Assembly: GCA_964057225.1 (NCBI GenBank)
Contig: OZ059898.1
Location: forward strand, 10,850,001 to 10,914,000
Direction: 5' to 3'
Source: Auanema rhodensis
Lineage: Eukaryota > Animalia > Nematoda
DNA: 64,000 nt
The notes below the pieces were generated by a model, which saw only the letters and a list, made by a program, of their open reading frames with translations, was not told where the DNA came from and made no database searches. Position numbers and translations under genes: made by a program. Below are positions 13,301-30,600 of the stretch, one piece after another. Positions within the stretch are counted from its first letter, which is position 1, and every line of letters starts with the position of its first letter.

Positions 13301-13501
13301 GCGATTTTACAACCAGTTAAACCAACTAAATTGTAAGATATTGAGAAGAATTGAGAAGAATTGAGAAGAATATTGGAATTTTCATATAACAAAGAAAGAT
13401 ATACCTGTACGTCTGAGATAAAATGCCAACGATAGCTCCGGATCAGGATCATTGATTGAAAAATCTTGTCCATTAATATTAAGATGAATAATGTTTCTCA
13501 T
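4392..13501 (-). CDS. gad-3: Aldehyde oxidase / xanthine dehydrogenase family molybdo-flavoenzyme (C. elegans gad-3-like), 31 exons, about 1270 aa
   Basis: Hand-spliced continuous frame from ATG 13501 ([25 protein letters not shown]) to TAA 4392. 2Fe-2S motifs: [51 protein letters not shown]. Moco-domain motifs: [90 protein letters not shown]. All 30 introns are GT-AG. The family call is secure; the gad-3 symbol is only a best guess at orthology from the AOX-like residues. Confidence 0.95.
9460..11457 (+). CDS. Nested antisense gene: 616-aa signal-anchored acidic Gln/Glu/Pro-rich repeat protein of unknown family
   Basis: Exons 9460-9526, 9577-9638, 9685-9784 and 9836-11457 have compatible phases (1,0,1), 46-51 nt GT-AG introns and total 1851 nt. 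N-terminus [22 protein letters not shown], then hydrophobic [21 protein letters not shown], joined in frame to the 511-aa ORF in the track. It lies entirely inside the oxidase intron 9169-11654. Confidence 0.88.
10867..11036 (+). repeat. Coding tandem repeat of 12-bp units (24-bp higher order) encoding [12 protein letters not shown] tetrapeptides
   Basis: Repeated GCTCAA(T/C)CTGAA GTTCAACCAGAT units; translation [58 protein letters not shown]. Confidence 0.92.
11631..11641 (+). promoter_or_regulatory. Candidate polyadenylation signal (two overlapping AATAAA) of the nested gene
   Basis: AATAAAATAAA about 175 nt after the nested stop codon. AATAAA is common by chance in AT-rich DNA. Confidence 0.4.
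13341..13370. repeat. 10-bp tandem repeat (TTGAGAAGAA)x3 in intron 1 of the oxidase gene
   Basis: Three exact copies read directly from the sequence. Confidence 0.9.
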
Positions 13502-16222
13502 ATTTGGATTGTTGTAGTTTACTTTTCTAAGAATAAAATATAATTAATAAACTATAAATAAGCTGAAAAAATGCTGAATATACATAAATAGAGAGAAAAA
13601 CATGAAATGTTGATAATTCTTATCAATACTAATGAGACGTGTCATTGCTAACATGTACATACATATATAGAAAATCTTATATTACAACAGTTAGACGATT
13701 TCTTGTAACATTTTGACCGATAAACCCTTGAATAGATATTGATAATAGAAATCAATGATTGATTGAAATAATACAAAAAAAAACTTCAAAATTTGGGAAA
13801 TAAAAGTAATACATGCATACATATACAAAGAAATTTATATAGTCTCATCAATACATTTAATAAATATTTTTACAAAAAAAAAGTACAAATAATAGAAGAA
13901 AAACAAATTTGAAGAATATACTGTCATTTTCATTTTCAATTAAAATAATTTGTATTTTAATTTATAACTTATACTTATAATGTATATACAAACTAAAGAT
14001 CTTATAATATTAAATATAATATATGATTATATATATTATATTCAAATAAAAAGAAAACATAAATATAATTAAAATTAAAAAATAATACTGTTGAAATCAA
14101 AATGTTCATCTTGATAACTAATGCTGACCACTAATCATAGAAATATAAATTTTTATTTAGAAAAAACACGTGTAGAAAAGAAAAAGTATTATGTGATAAG
14201 AATAATGTGATTATATAAATATATGTATTTATATGATTGTAAAAACTTTTTATAATGATATTATGCTAACTATAACATAGAGAATATGATATAGTATAAG
14301 TAATAGTAACATCTAAAATTGATGAATTTTCATATTTTCATTTGCATCATTATATCTGTACTATATAAACTTGTCATAATTGTTTTTCAAATAAGTATAT
14401 TACTTTCCCAATATATTATTTTTATATTCTCGCACAAAGACTGTAAAATTATTTTTCATAGATTCCTCAGATTTATATGGGAAGTTTTGTCGCCGAATTC
14501 ATGAAGACGTCAATGTTGATGTAACAGCTAATGAAGCATGATGAACAAGATATAACCTATAGCTAATGCCGGAGATGCTAGCTATATTCGAATTAAGAAC
14601 GAATATTATACCATAATATATTCTTATATTTATATTAAATGATATGGCATAATATTAAAGATATAGTAATTATAATTAAAATTAGAATAATGATTATGAT
14701 AAGATGAATAAAAATTGATTATTTACTATAATATATAACGATTAATTAATTAAGCATCTAATTCGTCCTTAATTAACATTATCGATGATCAGTCATATAG
14801 TATGATTAATCCTGTTCCCTATTCAGTTACCGTCAAGTATCTAATTTAATTAAAATTTATTTTTTTAACAATTTTCACTAATATTTCAACCACCTTGTTG
14901 ACCACCTTTCTTTTCTATTTTTCTCTTTTTGTCCTTTTTTCATTACTTCATATTTTTATAATATTTATTCGTTTATGCTGTTTCATTTTCAAAAATTACA
15001 AGAAATTTGATATAATATACTTCAGGGAATATTATTTGAAATTTGATGTCTATTCGTCACTTTTTGGATATTTCATTTAAGCTAGAACTTCAATCGGATG
15101 TTATGACTAAATCTGTCGGTCCTTTTACATCTTGATCTAAAGCCACAATCCAGATTTGACGATTGTGGGCTGCTTGGTGACGGGTGATGGTGATGCGCTA
15201 CGTCATCCGGTTAATATGACTTCAAAAAATTTCAGTTGCGTAATTAGCCCTGAAGGAAATGTGAAAACGGGGTAAGAAGTTAGTTCGAAAGGGAAAACGG
15301 CGGAGAATGCAAGGTAGATAGAAAGATAGACGTACCAAAAGAGTAGTACAAGAGATAGAGAGATGAAGAGAAATAGAGAAAAATGAAAATGGTTTGTCGT
15401 CCATGCTATGACTCTGCTTTATTCAATGCGAAGTGTTTCCGCTTTTAGTGGATTCACTTGACTATCCCAATCCGTATAATACTTTGTTACCTATAAAACC
15501 TAAAAATCTAGCTAAGAACGTAAAAAACCCTTGAGAACTTTTGTTTTTCTTCCAATAAAAATCTACTTGGATGAGTAATTTGCTTGCAAGTATTACGTCC
15601 AGATATTACTGCTGGACGGATTACGAGTATACAGTCTTACACAATGCTACTTCGATTGAGGTAAACCGAAATGAAAAGAAAAATGGTAGATGTATGTTTT
15701 CATCAATATTTTGTTTATTTTTCATATAATATCTATATAATAATAAGTAATTTGAATTTACAATCTATTTCTATTTGTTAATGTCTGCTACATCTTACTT
15801 AATATTTCGTTACTCTTGTTCATTCAGTCAACTTACCAAAAAGCTTTGTATTATTGTACCAATTAGAGTGATTGCATTCTCGTTCTCTCTTGCACCTTTT
15901 CTTTCTCTCACTTATTTCTCTATGAGACTACTTGGGCATGTAATCTACATATAAGACAAGACTAGCATGGACTATGTCAATCTACCTGATTTTCCAGTTT
16001 TCCACTTGATGATGGTCATATAGCTCATCCCCCCCACAACCTTCGGCTATCAACACATTTCTAAAAATATTTTTATTGTGCTAAAACCACATATACGGAT
16101 ATTATCATCGTTTTAAGCAGACGAAGCTGTTTTATCTCTCTTTCAACTTCATTTCATAGAATTTACGTGTCCTTTTCTATATCATTCAAAATTGTGGCAA
16201 CACTTGTCATTATAATAATATT

Positions 16223-16397
<175 letters not shown>

Positions 16398-18277
16398 ATC
16401 AGTAAATGTTTTACTAAATATCGAAACGTAAATTTCTATTATTTCATATTTCATTACTTACTACTTGTACATCAACTGTTAAAGAAAATTTAGATAACCT
16501 ATATACTTTAGTGCTGTGTTGCTCATATCCAAAAACACGTTTTTCATGATCTTATTTTTTATCCATCCATGTCTATCGGCATAAACTCTATTCCTCCTTA
16601 TATCCTACGAAAAATTTTTTTTTCATGTCTACAATTTCAAACTTAAAACTTCGTTTATAAACTTGAACGTATTACGCAATTCATAGAGAATTCTTTGCTG
16701 CAAAATAGAAAAAAGTCTAAAGATACTTTGAATTGTTTAGCTTTCACTTTGTGTTATTGGCCGATTATTTACGATGAAGACAAAAAAGGATTAGAAATAC
16801 AGTGAGAAATTGAGGGAGAATCATGATCGATTATAGAGAAAGTTGTGCTATGTGGAATTGAGATAGAAAAAAAGAGAAGATTAAGACAGACAGAGAAAAA
16901 GAGAGATTAGTCATTTCGCGAAAATAAAAAGCAAGAAACAAGAGAAATGTTCCTTAACTTAATGAAGTTGGGTGGATGTTCAAGAGATATTATAGATGGT
17001 TTTGTATTGAATTATAAATAACACAATTTACATCTAATTCGTACGTTAACTATACGTTTTCAGATCTAATCATATTTTCGACTAGATCCCTCTTCTATCA
17101 CAATTCACATTTGTTTATACATGTTTGATTATAATGTTCTATTTGAAGGTTTTGAGCAAAAACAACATTGTATTTTTTCTCCCATAAAGTGCAAGATCTG
17201 AAACTCTGCTTAACTACTTTTTATGTAACTGAAACTCCCAAATTTGCATTTCATCCTGATTCCGGCAAGCGAATCTGACACATACGAGAGAAAATAACTA
17301 TCAGTCCAATTCATTAACCAACATCTAAATACACGAAAATAATCGACTTGTGTATATACATACATACATATATGGAAGAATAAAACGTGAAGATTCAAAT
17401 CACAACGTGAACAGCGTTTTACCGACTTGTTTTGTAGCTTTTTCCACTACTGTTTCTGCTATATCTTGCTTTCTTACTGCTGCTACTTCGGCGTCATGTT
17501 GTTGGGAGAGAGGGGGATGGGGAGAAGTACGGCGGTGATGGTAGTGGAAGAACAGAAATAGAGATTAAGCCACCAAATAATGAGTAGATGGAGAGACAGA
17601 AAACGAAAAGGATACGACAAGCTATGCTAGATATATCTGTGATGATGTTGAAGGAGGGGGGAACTCCATAGGCTTGACCAGGAAAAGAAGAGAAGAATAG
17701 ATCAGTTGCTGTTTCCATTCAAGTTCGGCCAATAATGCTTCCCGCCTGCCATTCAAATTATTCTGAAATATTTTCCTATAAACATCTTTCAGAAATTAAA
17801 AAAATTGAAAATATTTATTATATATTAATGTTTAATCAATTATTTTTAGAAATATTTATAATAATTAGTAATATTTATGAAGTGGTACAGTAAAATAATT
17901 ATGCCTTTGTTTTATAGTATAAGTTTTTTTTGTTTTTCTTTGATATTTTCTAAATTTTTTCTAAGATTTTCCACACTTTTCAAATATTTTTTAAGTTTCT
18001 TATTTTTGATAAATGTTATATAAACTTGAAGTAAACCTCAGAGGATTTGATTACGTAATATACTATCTGTCATCTTAGATATTTCATGTGGCTGTGAAAG
18101 CATTTATGACCATATCATTTGTTTCCATCTTGAACAAGCCATTCAATCATTGGAAAATTGCTTAGATCTAACTATCTTGATCACTTCGTCGTTCTCCAGC
18201 TAGTTTCGTTCTGGCAATGTTGAAGAATAAGAAACACGTAGCAATGACCACACTGAAAATTATCCAAAGAGAAGGAA

Positions 18278-18308
<31 letters not shown>

Positions 18309-18436
18309 AAGAGAGAAGGTTGATATCTATCTTATTTAGACTGAACTATTACTTTGTATGATTATATCGTTCTATATCTATATATCCATTTATTATATAA
18401 GTATATTTCTCATTTAATCTCACTCTTCTAGGGGGT

Positions 18437-21618
<3,182 letters not shown>

Positions 21619-24600
21619 TCTAGTAAGTGTGCTGCAGACACTGCCGACGGCACTTGCCTGACTACATCGTCAAATCTCTACACAACATGACTACTGTTGC
21701 TATTGCTGTTGCTGCAGGTTGAAAGTTCAAAAAGTATCAGAACCGTTTTTTTGTTGTTTCTTTTCCTATCAAAACGACATATGGTGTATGTATGTATGTA
21801 TGTGTAGTAGATTATACATATCTTTTCAAATTTTTTTTGTGTATATCAGCAGATTTATGCTGATAGAATATTTATTATTTTTTCAAACTATATGTTTATA
21901 TAATATATGTATTCTAGATTATGCATTTATAGTTTTTTTATAGTTCATAATATGTAGTCGAAACAAATGATGCTCAATTCTACGTTCTTTCTTTTCTTCA
22001 TTTTTTACAATTTTTTTATTTATTAAACAACCGTAAAATTTGTTTAAAAATTGAAACTCTTATCGATAAAACATATTTCAGTTATCATCTTGTCCGTTCA
22101 ATTACCCTTTTAACAAATGATTATTATATTCAGAGCAAATTGATTCAAATGTGGTTTTGTAAAAATACAAAAGTAAAAAATGAGAAAAAAAAACCGAACG
22201 ATTTACCCCAATAACTTGCATTTATGTAGTTTTCATCTAAGATTTCTCATTATTGCTTTTTCTTTTATATTATATACATATATATAGTATAATATATCCA
22301 TTCATAACGATAGTTTCTAGAAATGTAATTTATTCTTATTTCGTTTTAGATACGAACTTTAGAAATCAACAACTAATAGAAGTATAAGCATTTTAAATAT
22401 TTTTTTCTCTTACTTCTTTTGAGAAAGATGAAAAATTGGACACAAGTCTAAAGTTTATAATCTGACAATAGTATATATATATATACATTGAGAATATATT
22501 ATTATGAATATATTAATTATCGTAATAATAACAAAAAGCCAAAATTTGTGATCGACGAGACGAAAAAGTAGGATTTGTTCTACTTGTCGTTGTTAGTCAG
22601 CTTTTGTGTAAAATACACTATTCACTTTTGCAAATTTTTAAAATTTTTTGAATTTTCATAAACACATGTAGTATATATAATATTATTATCTTTATACATT
22701 GAGTAAGATTGAACATACAAATATTTTGAAACTTTTATCTTGAACTTATGGTACATGTGTTCAATGTTTTTTTTAAGTCATGTTTTTTTATCAAGAAAGT
22801 ATACATGATCACTGAACTGATGTAATAAATTGACGTAATATAAGCTTTAGACAAGAAAAGAAGAAGAGGATATAATACAGAAAAATAAAAATAAAGAACT
22901 AAGAGACAGGAAAAGAAAAAAAGAGAGAGGGGGAGGTGAATTGAGGCGACAGAATTGTGGACAAAGTAGCTTTATCGTATAGAGAAACAGCTAAGCTAGA
23001 AAAACATTGGAACAGCATTGATCATATAAACTACAACAACAAACGGAAATAGATTTAAACTAAGAAGGTTCGTTGCTTATGATCGCTTGAAGAGTTTCAT
23101 TTTCTTTTTCTCTCCTTTCTGTTCTCACTGCTCAAATTTACGTATTATTGTGGTTTCTTCTCTTGAGTATCTGTAATTGACACACAATCATAAAAAACTT
23201 TTTTTTGTCTGAAAATTTCTGACGTTCTTGCTCAAATTTAATTTTTTGAATTTGTTTTTCCTCAAATAGAAACTCTCTTTACCTTTCTCTGTTTCTCTTG
23301 ATTTCCTGCCTTTTGGAATATAAGTTGGAGAGCATGTAACATCTCAGATGACATTTTACGTAGCTTGACCCGAGATCATTCCTTCACATTTCGGAATCAC
23401 TGCTTTTGCCTATTTCATATTCTCTTTCAATTTGCCCACATTCTTCTTGAACCCGCCAATATATCTCTTTTCTCGTTTTTTTTCTTTTATATTCATAGAT
23501 ACAACTCTGTTTTAATGTTTGAGATTTTCTCATAGTATTCCGTATGAAGGATTAGTTTCAAATCAATGTTATGCGCTTATAAAATATTTTTTTGATTCAA
23601 GTTCTTATAAGGAAACGAGGAAAAAAACCAAAGTAATGATAGCTTTTTTATTAGGTGAGAAATAATCCAATTCGAGATCTTTTGGCTCTCCATGATATCT
23701 GAACTATTCTGCTTTTGCCATCCTAGACATTTCCGTTTACGACTTCCTATCCAACTCTCGAACAATTTCTAAACTTTAAACATCCATTTTTTTCACTTAT
23801 TTCTTCTATGTATTCGATGTCATCTTCATCTTCTTTATTATTGTTTTTTTGTTGTTCTGTAAAATACTTTCTGTTTAAACCTTTGATACTGTCTCATCAA
23901 GTAGTTACTTTGAAAAAAAGTTCACAGAAAATGAAAACATTTTATGTTAGAGTTTTTACTTTTTTCGAACTTTTTTGCTAACATAACTAACTTCAGTGCA
24001 AACTATGTATAAGTACCTTTCATTTCTTCTTTTTTCCAATTTCTCAGTTATATTGAATTTCCAAATAAGCTTATATGACCAAGTTTGATATGCAGTATGA
24101 TGGAGTAATTTTATAGTTAACGTTTTACCACATTTTAGTATATCTTAAACTTGTAAATTTATTATTTAATTATCGTAATATCTTATAAATTTCAACAAAA
24201 AAAATTAAAATCTTTTTTTGAGTATGAAATATTCTCTAAATTTCATATAAATTAATGAAAACAATATTTACAGTACAATTTATATACTTCATAACTCAAA
24301 AAATATTCGATAGGCATGTAGCTCATGATTGATAATTTCTTACGTGCATTACAATCTCAAGTATTTTCAAATAAGTTTATCAAATGTAAATGAAAAAAAA
24401 ATTTATTTTGTTATTTTTTTAATTTGTTATGAAAAAAAAATCATTTGTGTGCTCTTTAGTCTCACGTACAATCAGCAATAAAGTCTTATTTTTCTTATTT
24501 TTTTGTTTAAAACTAAAAAAACGGAAAATGAAAAAGGAAAAATAGTTTAGAGAATAGACAGAGAGAAATTATTAAAATGAAAATGAAATTTTTTTTCAAA

Positions 24601-27600
24601 AAATTGTAATTGTTTACTGAACATAAAACTTTTTATTTTCTAATATTTTCATAAAGCAAGACATATAGGTCATAAAAATATAAATTATCATGTTATTATC
24701 TGAATAAAATGAAATATCTCTCTCTCTATATATATATATGTATAAACTATATATATATATATAGTTTTTAATACTTACAGCAATTATTATTTATCACTAT
24801 GCTCATAATCTAGCTCTTAAATAGATTGCTCAAGTTTGTGCTCTGAAGATATTGGCTATATTCTTAGAATCTTGATTAATCACCCATGGCGACATTGAAT
24901 ATATTTTCTAGTTTTTGCTTTATAATAAAATAATGAAGTTTTTATATTTATTTAACATCAACTTCTTCATCTTTTACTATTTATCAAAAACTTCATCATC
25001 ATCTACTTGATTCGAATCATTTTCTACTCCTTGCCATACGGATTTCTCACTTGTTTGCGCCATCAATGTCCTCATAGAAGCTTAATAAAAACAGCTAAAC
25101 GCTTGTCAATTATAAAAGAATATTTGAAAAAAGGGAAGTAATGCTTTAATATTTAACCTGAAACAAACAACTTTTCAACCGCTTTTTGATTCTCAATAAT
25201 CATCATCGTCCTTGCTAATTTCTTAATATATTTTAATCTTAATCTGATCTAAACACTAAACATCTAAGAACCTTTCTGTACATATTTTACAAATAGAAAA
25301 CCTTAAACATATACTTTTATATTTAGGCTTTGAATAGGCATTCAAAGCTCTAGCTTGTCTGTACTCTCATAAAAAATACTTACACTATTTGTCCGCTCTT
25401 AATTGCACTTTTTGTTATTTTTCTATTCTTTTTAATCTCTCTCTCTCTCTTTTCAATTGGCTCTATATCAAAGAAGATGCGCTATAGAACATAATTTTAA
25501 TTTTTTTCATGTAAAACCGATTGTTTTTCAAATTTCCCTTGTTAATTTTTGTCTCTCATTACCTCTTCCTGCGTAAGTCTGCCTGCTCATTTCCCTCGTA
25601 AGCTGTGTATTATTCCTTTAATTTGCTGTTTGTATTACTTTTTCTTCCCTTTCTTGTTCTCTCTCTCTTTTTTTTACAAACCCTTTTATATAAATTACCT
25701 CTCACCCCATTCTTCTTCTTTCCTTTCTTTATTTTCTTTTTTTTTGTATCTTTAAACAGTCATTTGAGCAGATTGAATTGCATTCTTGCTTTGTAATTCA
25801 CACGAAATGTTCTAGTTTTTTAATCTGAATGCAAACGATAGGAAGAAACAACGAAAAATTAAGCAATTGCTAGTTATTTATAGAAATATACGTTACTTTG
25901 ATGCTACAAGCACTATGTAACTGATCACTTTACGTGTTTCCTTATGAGTGAAATTGGAAAAAAAAGGAAGAAATAAAGAAAGAAAAATAGAAAAGGGGGA
26001 GGAGAGAAACAGAAATTCATGAAAAGTCTGCTACTATTTTTTTACTTCTTCGACTCTTTTTCGTTTTTTTTTGTCATTTTTGCATCACTTTTAGCTTTTG
26101 CTTATATGGTTTTTCTTCAGTTAAAGAGTATCAAACGAAGCACTCTCTAATCGTTCTTCCCACACTTTTTCAATCCTCACCCTTCTCTCATCCAAGATGA
26201 AATGCAACTAAAAGAAATGAGTCAAGTATCTTACGTTTTCGATTCTGGACTAAACGTCGTCTTAATTAGCAATGGCATCACTTCAAGTTGTTTTGTGAAT
26301 ACTCTCATTTTAGCATTCTTAATTCTTTTGATGCTATGTCGATCACATATCCTACTCTTTCGATGTTACCTCCCTTACCCTTTTTTCTTCCGTCCTTATT
26401 CTGGACCTTTGAATTTACATAATTTTGTTTAAAGCCCCCTTGCCTTAAACATATTTAAATATGTTTATATATGTCTTTCCTGATCCCTCTCTCTCTCATT
26501 ATACCTTCTGCCCTTCACCCCTAACAATTGAATTTCTCTCTATCTCCCTCTTTATCCCTCTCTCCGTGTATCTTTTTCTATTTCTTTACGTTTATCAAAA
26601 CTCAACAATTCACTTTCATTAAAAGATCAAAAAAGACCAAATGGTCTTTTGGAACGTGCTATATTTCTAGACAAAGCTATAACCTTTAAAACAAAAAAAA
26701 ACCGAAAAAAAAAACTTTTGAAACATTCCTTTATTCTGCCTAAAAAAATTTAAAAGAAAAGTTGAATGCGAATCTGTAGAAGCATGAGTTAACTTTTTTC
26801 TACCAATTTTCTAGAAATAATTGAAATGCTGAATGTATGTGCTATTCTTCAAGTAAGCAATGCACAGACATAAACATCTATACGTATTTTTGTTTCTCTT
26901 TACCTTGTTTTGCCACATAAAACTCAAAACAAACATACTAGAAATTGTTTTTAATTTCCGTTCCAAGTTATAAAAGAATTTGATGAGAAGCATATTATCA
27001 GGAAAGATTTTTAAACGAATAAAATTTATAGTAAAGATCGTCGAGTATTAGGTTTTCAAATTTTTTTCTATTTTTCTCCTTTTCTCTTTCACTCTCTCAC
27101 TATTATTTTCTTTATCCTTTCGTCTAACTCTTCACATACTCTCATCAACATCTCACATCATTTAGGCATTCATCTTCGAAAGACATACGACTTCAAGTAC
27201 TTATTTTGAAATTTAAGTTGGCAAAAATCAAAACTCGATGACTTAGAGATTGCTTGAAACAATCTAATATCTTAAATCGTACAAAGAAAGCTAAAGAGTT
27301 TGAGGACAATTGTGGGTGTAAGAGGAAAGGGAAAGAGGAGGAGGAGTATAAGGAGGATGAGTTGATGAAGAGGCTTGTATGTACTACGTACACAATTCTC
27401 ATGATCATATCTAACAAAGAAAGCTTTCATATTTTTAATATTTATTCATTTATTTCTTATCTGAACAAATAAATATTAGAATAATATATTAATATTTTTC
27501 ATGTGAGTTTGATCTTGAGATTCCAGGCTGTCCCAGACGACAAGATATGTTGTTACTTATCCAATTCTCCAAACGTTTCCCTCCTCCCATCAGTTTCATC

Positions 27601-30600
27601 TTCTGTTGCTTGGTCTGTTGCTTTCTTCTATCATATCTACGTCCTTCTCAACAATATATTTTCATTACATTCCTCATTCAATTCAAATTTTAAATTTTTT
27701 TTTGCAGTTCATAGCCTTATTTTCTTTCAATTTTCTGCCAGCGCTGAAAGAAAATAACATGCATATCTATCTATCTGTGCTAAAGCTGTTAAGCATAGCG
27801 CACATCTCATACTAAATTAATGTTTTCTCTTTCAACAACTACAATCGTTTTCTCATCTGTTGCTTTTTCTTCTGCCTTTACGTCTTTAGCATTGCTACAA
27901 TAGGACCTGATGATGTTGTTAGTATCGATAATGATGTCGCTTTCCTATCGGTCCAACTGGTAAATAAAAATCATTTTGATCTTTGATATGCAGCTTGAAA
28001 TGAAACTTATTTATAAAATGTATGCATTTTTCTTCCCTTTTACTCAATTAGCATATGTAGATATAACCTACCACAAAGTGCTTCTAATGATATTTCCAAT
28101 TTTAGAAGCCCATTATTCAATGTTGCTTCTCCTCTTCATTATTCAGCCTGTAACCTTTCCAATTCGAACAGTGTACCCAACCATTTATCTTTCGCTAATT
28201 TTTTCGTTTTTTTTTTTTGCAGAAAATCGGCCTATCTTATTTTGTCTTTCTCTCTCTCTCTCACTTCTTTCTCTTTGTTGTATTTTGATTTATCTACCTC
28301 TGACGCTCAGTTTGCAAAATCCTCACTTTTGCTCTTTTCTGTACCACACTTGCTTGTTTGGACTTTTTTTGAAATGAGATTTCATCATTCTATTTTCCGC
28401 TTAATTTAAACATAAGCCTTCTTTGTTTCTTTACGATTGTCTTGTTCATTATTTCGATTAACTTCTTTCTCATCATACTCTTCAATCATCATCATCATCA
28501 CCCTCCCCATCATCATCATCATCCATAACTAGACTTTTCAGAACTACAATTAGTGATAGCCAATGTTTAGAATTCTAACATCTTCCAAATATATGCTTTT
28601 CTACGGATACAAACTTAACATCATATTAAGATCAGACATATGTATGTATTTGATCTGAGATTTATTAACTATATCTTTTAATTTTACTCCGTGATGAGCA
28701 TATATTTTTTTCACAACGAAAGATGTCTATTTTAAAATAATATTTTTATGACAAGTGACATCATCGAACAGATATACACAATAATCAAAACTTTTGAACA
28801 TTTTTTGAAATTATAAAGAAATTAGTTTCCTATTTTTATGCAACGATGTATTGAAATCTTCCTTTTATTGAAAGAAATTACAGAAAAATGTAAAAGTTTG
28901 AATAAAATTGATTATATAAGAAGTGAGATATATGACGAAAGCTTCATTCATATTTGAATAAAAAGAAAGAAAAGAGATGAGTAGATATGTAGGGATAGCT
29001 TGCTTTTGAAGATACTGAAAGATACATATAAGGAGAAAAAGAAAATGTAAACTAAAGAGGGCAGAAAACAATTAAGAGAACGATAGAGGGAATGTATGGA
29101 AAAGCTTCAGACATAAGAATGAATAACCATTCACTTTACTTTCTTCTTATATTTCTGCATAAACTCTGGGTATCTAACAAAGGAGTAAAGAGAGATGTTT
29201 TGAGTGAAATATTAGAATTGAATGTATTCCAATTATTATTTTTTCATATCTTGTTATATTAATATTTTACAATACTAACTATATGCATATAGTTTTAATT
29301 AACTATAATTTTTTAATTATATACATACATATATGAAAGACTGTTCTCAAAATAATTTAATTTAGTTTTTTCCTTTCAATATGCAATAATTGAAATATGA
29401 AATTAAGCGATATATTTCTTGTGAATCTTCATACATACATACACATATGCACATCATACTTATCAAAACTTTATTTTTATTTCTCATGTAATCTATATGT
29501 TATTATGAAAAATCAACAAATAAACAAATATGAATCTATTTAATCTGTATAAGAAAAGAAGAGAGTTAATGAAGAGGCTATTCGATTATTTTAATGTTAA
29601 TTATATGGAAATCAAAGCCTTAAATCAAGCATTCTGTACTTCTTAATTTCTTTTTTTATATTTTGATTTGATTGTTAGAAATAAAATTGAGACAACTACT
29701 GAAGAAAATTGAAATAAGCCCAAAAATCTCATGGTTTATAGCGAAGTTTGTATCAATACTACTAGATTTTAACCACAAATTATCAAAAACATCTTAGAAT
29801 AACATTCTGCAATACTTTTTTCTTCTACTTTAACAACAAATATCTTCACCTCCTTCTAAAGTTACCAAAGAGAATAGGTGGTCATATCTTTCATAGATCG
29901 ATTCTTAACTTCTTCACGTGTATCACGTCACACTTTACGTGAATGAAGATGAAGAGAAGCTGATTGATGATGCAGAAATTTGTGATTAAGATTCAGTACA
30001 GCTCGCTCAGGTCATTATAGTCAATATACAACGCTCATTCATATAATTCGGAAGTAATGTCTAATAAATTATCAAAAAATGAATAATGAAGAAGAACACG
30101 AAAAAAATGACACTGAAATATGAGCAGATATGGAAGATGTTGCTGCTGTTAGAATTTCCTGGTGCTTAGGATATTCATTTTTTTTTCTTTGTTGCATCTT
30201 TTTTTTTCATAAATTTGTTTAATTTATAAATATATATATACATTTACACATAAATCATTCAGTGAACTATAAGATATGCTTTTTAAATTTGTTTCCTTTT
30301 TCAGCTCATTTTTCTACACTCTTCATCACCCTCACATCTTCTTTCTCCTATTTGTAGTACTCAAATATAGGATTTTTTTCCTCTCATTTCTTTTTCTCTC
30401 TTTCTCTCCCCATTTTTTCTCCTTTCCCCTCTATATTTCTCCTTTTTTTGTCTATCTCTCATAGTAGCTTGTTTTGCAACCAATAGATGCACACATGCTT
30501 TCTTCTTTTTACTCTTTTCAACGTCATATTCTTTTCATTTCTTTTCACAGTTTTGATCAACTTGATCGGGTTGTCCTTTTAGATAGCTACGTCTCATTTG

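Noticed and set aside
4392-13501. Oxidase as a pseudogene or as two split genes, as the fragmented ORF track suggests
   Set aside because: All exons join in frame through GT-AG introns, including across the 2.5-kb intron, with no internal stop.
15142-15210. Two short hairpins (CCACAATC/GATTGTGG and CGGGTGATG/CGTCATCCG)
   Set aside because: Stems of 8-9 bp with no ncRNA family motif; compatible with chance.
27903-27955. Possible C/D box snoRNA (terminal stem plus TGATGA)
   Set aside because: No CTGA D box next to the 3' stem.
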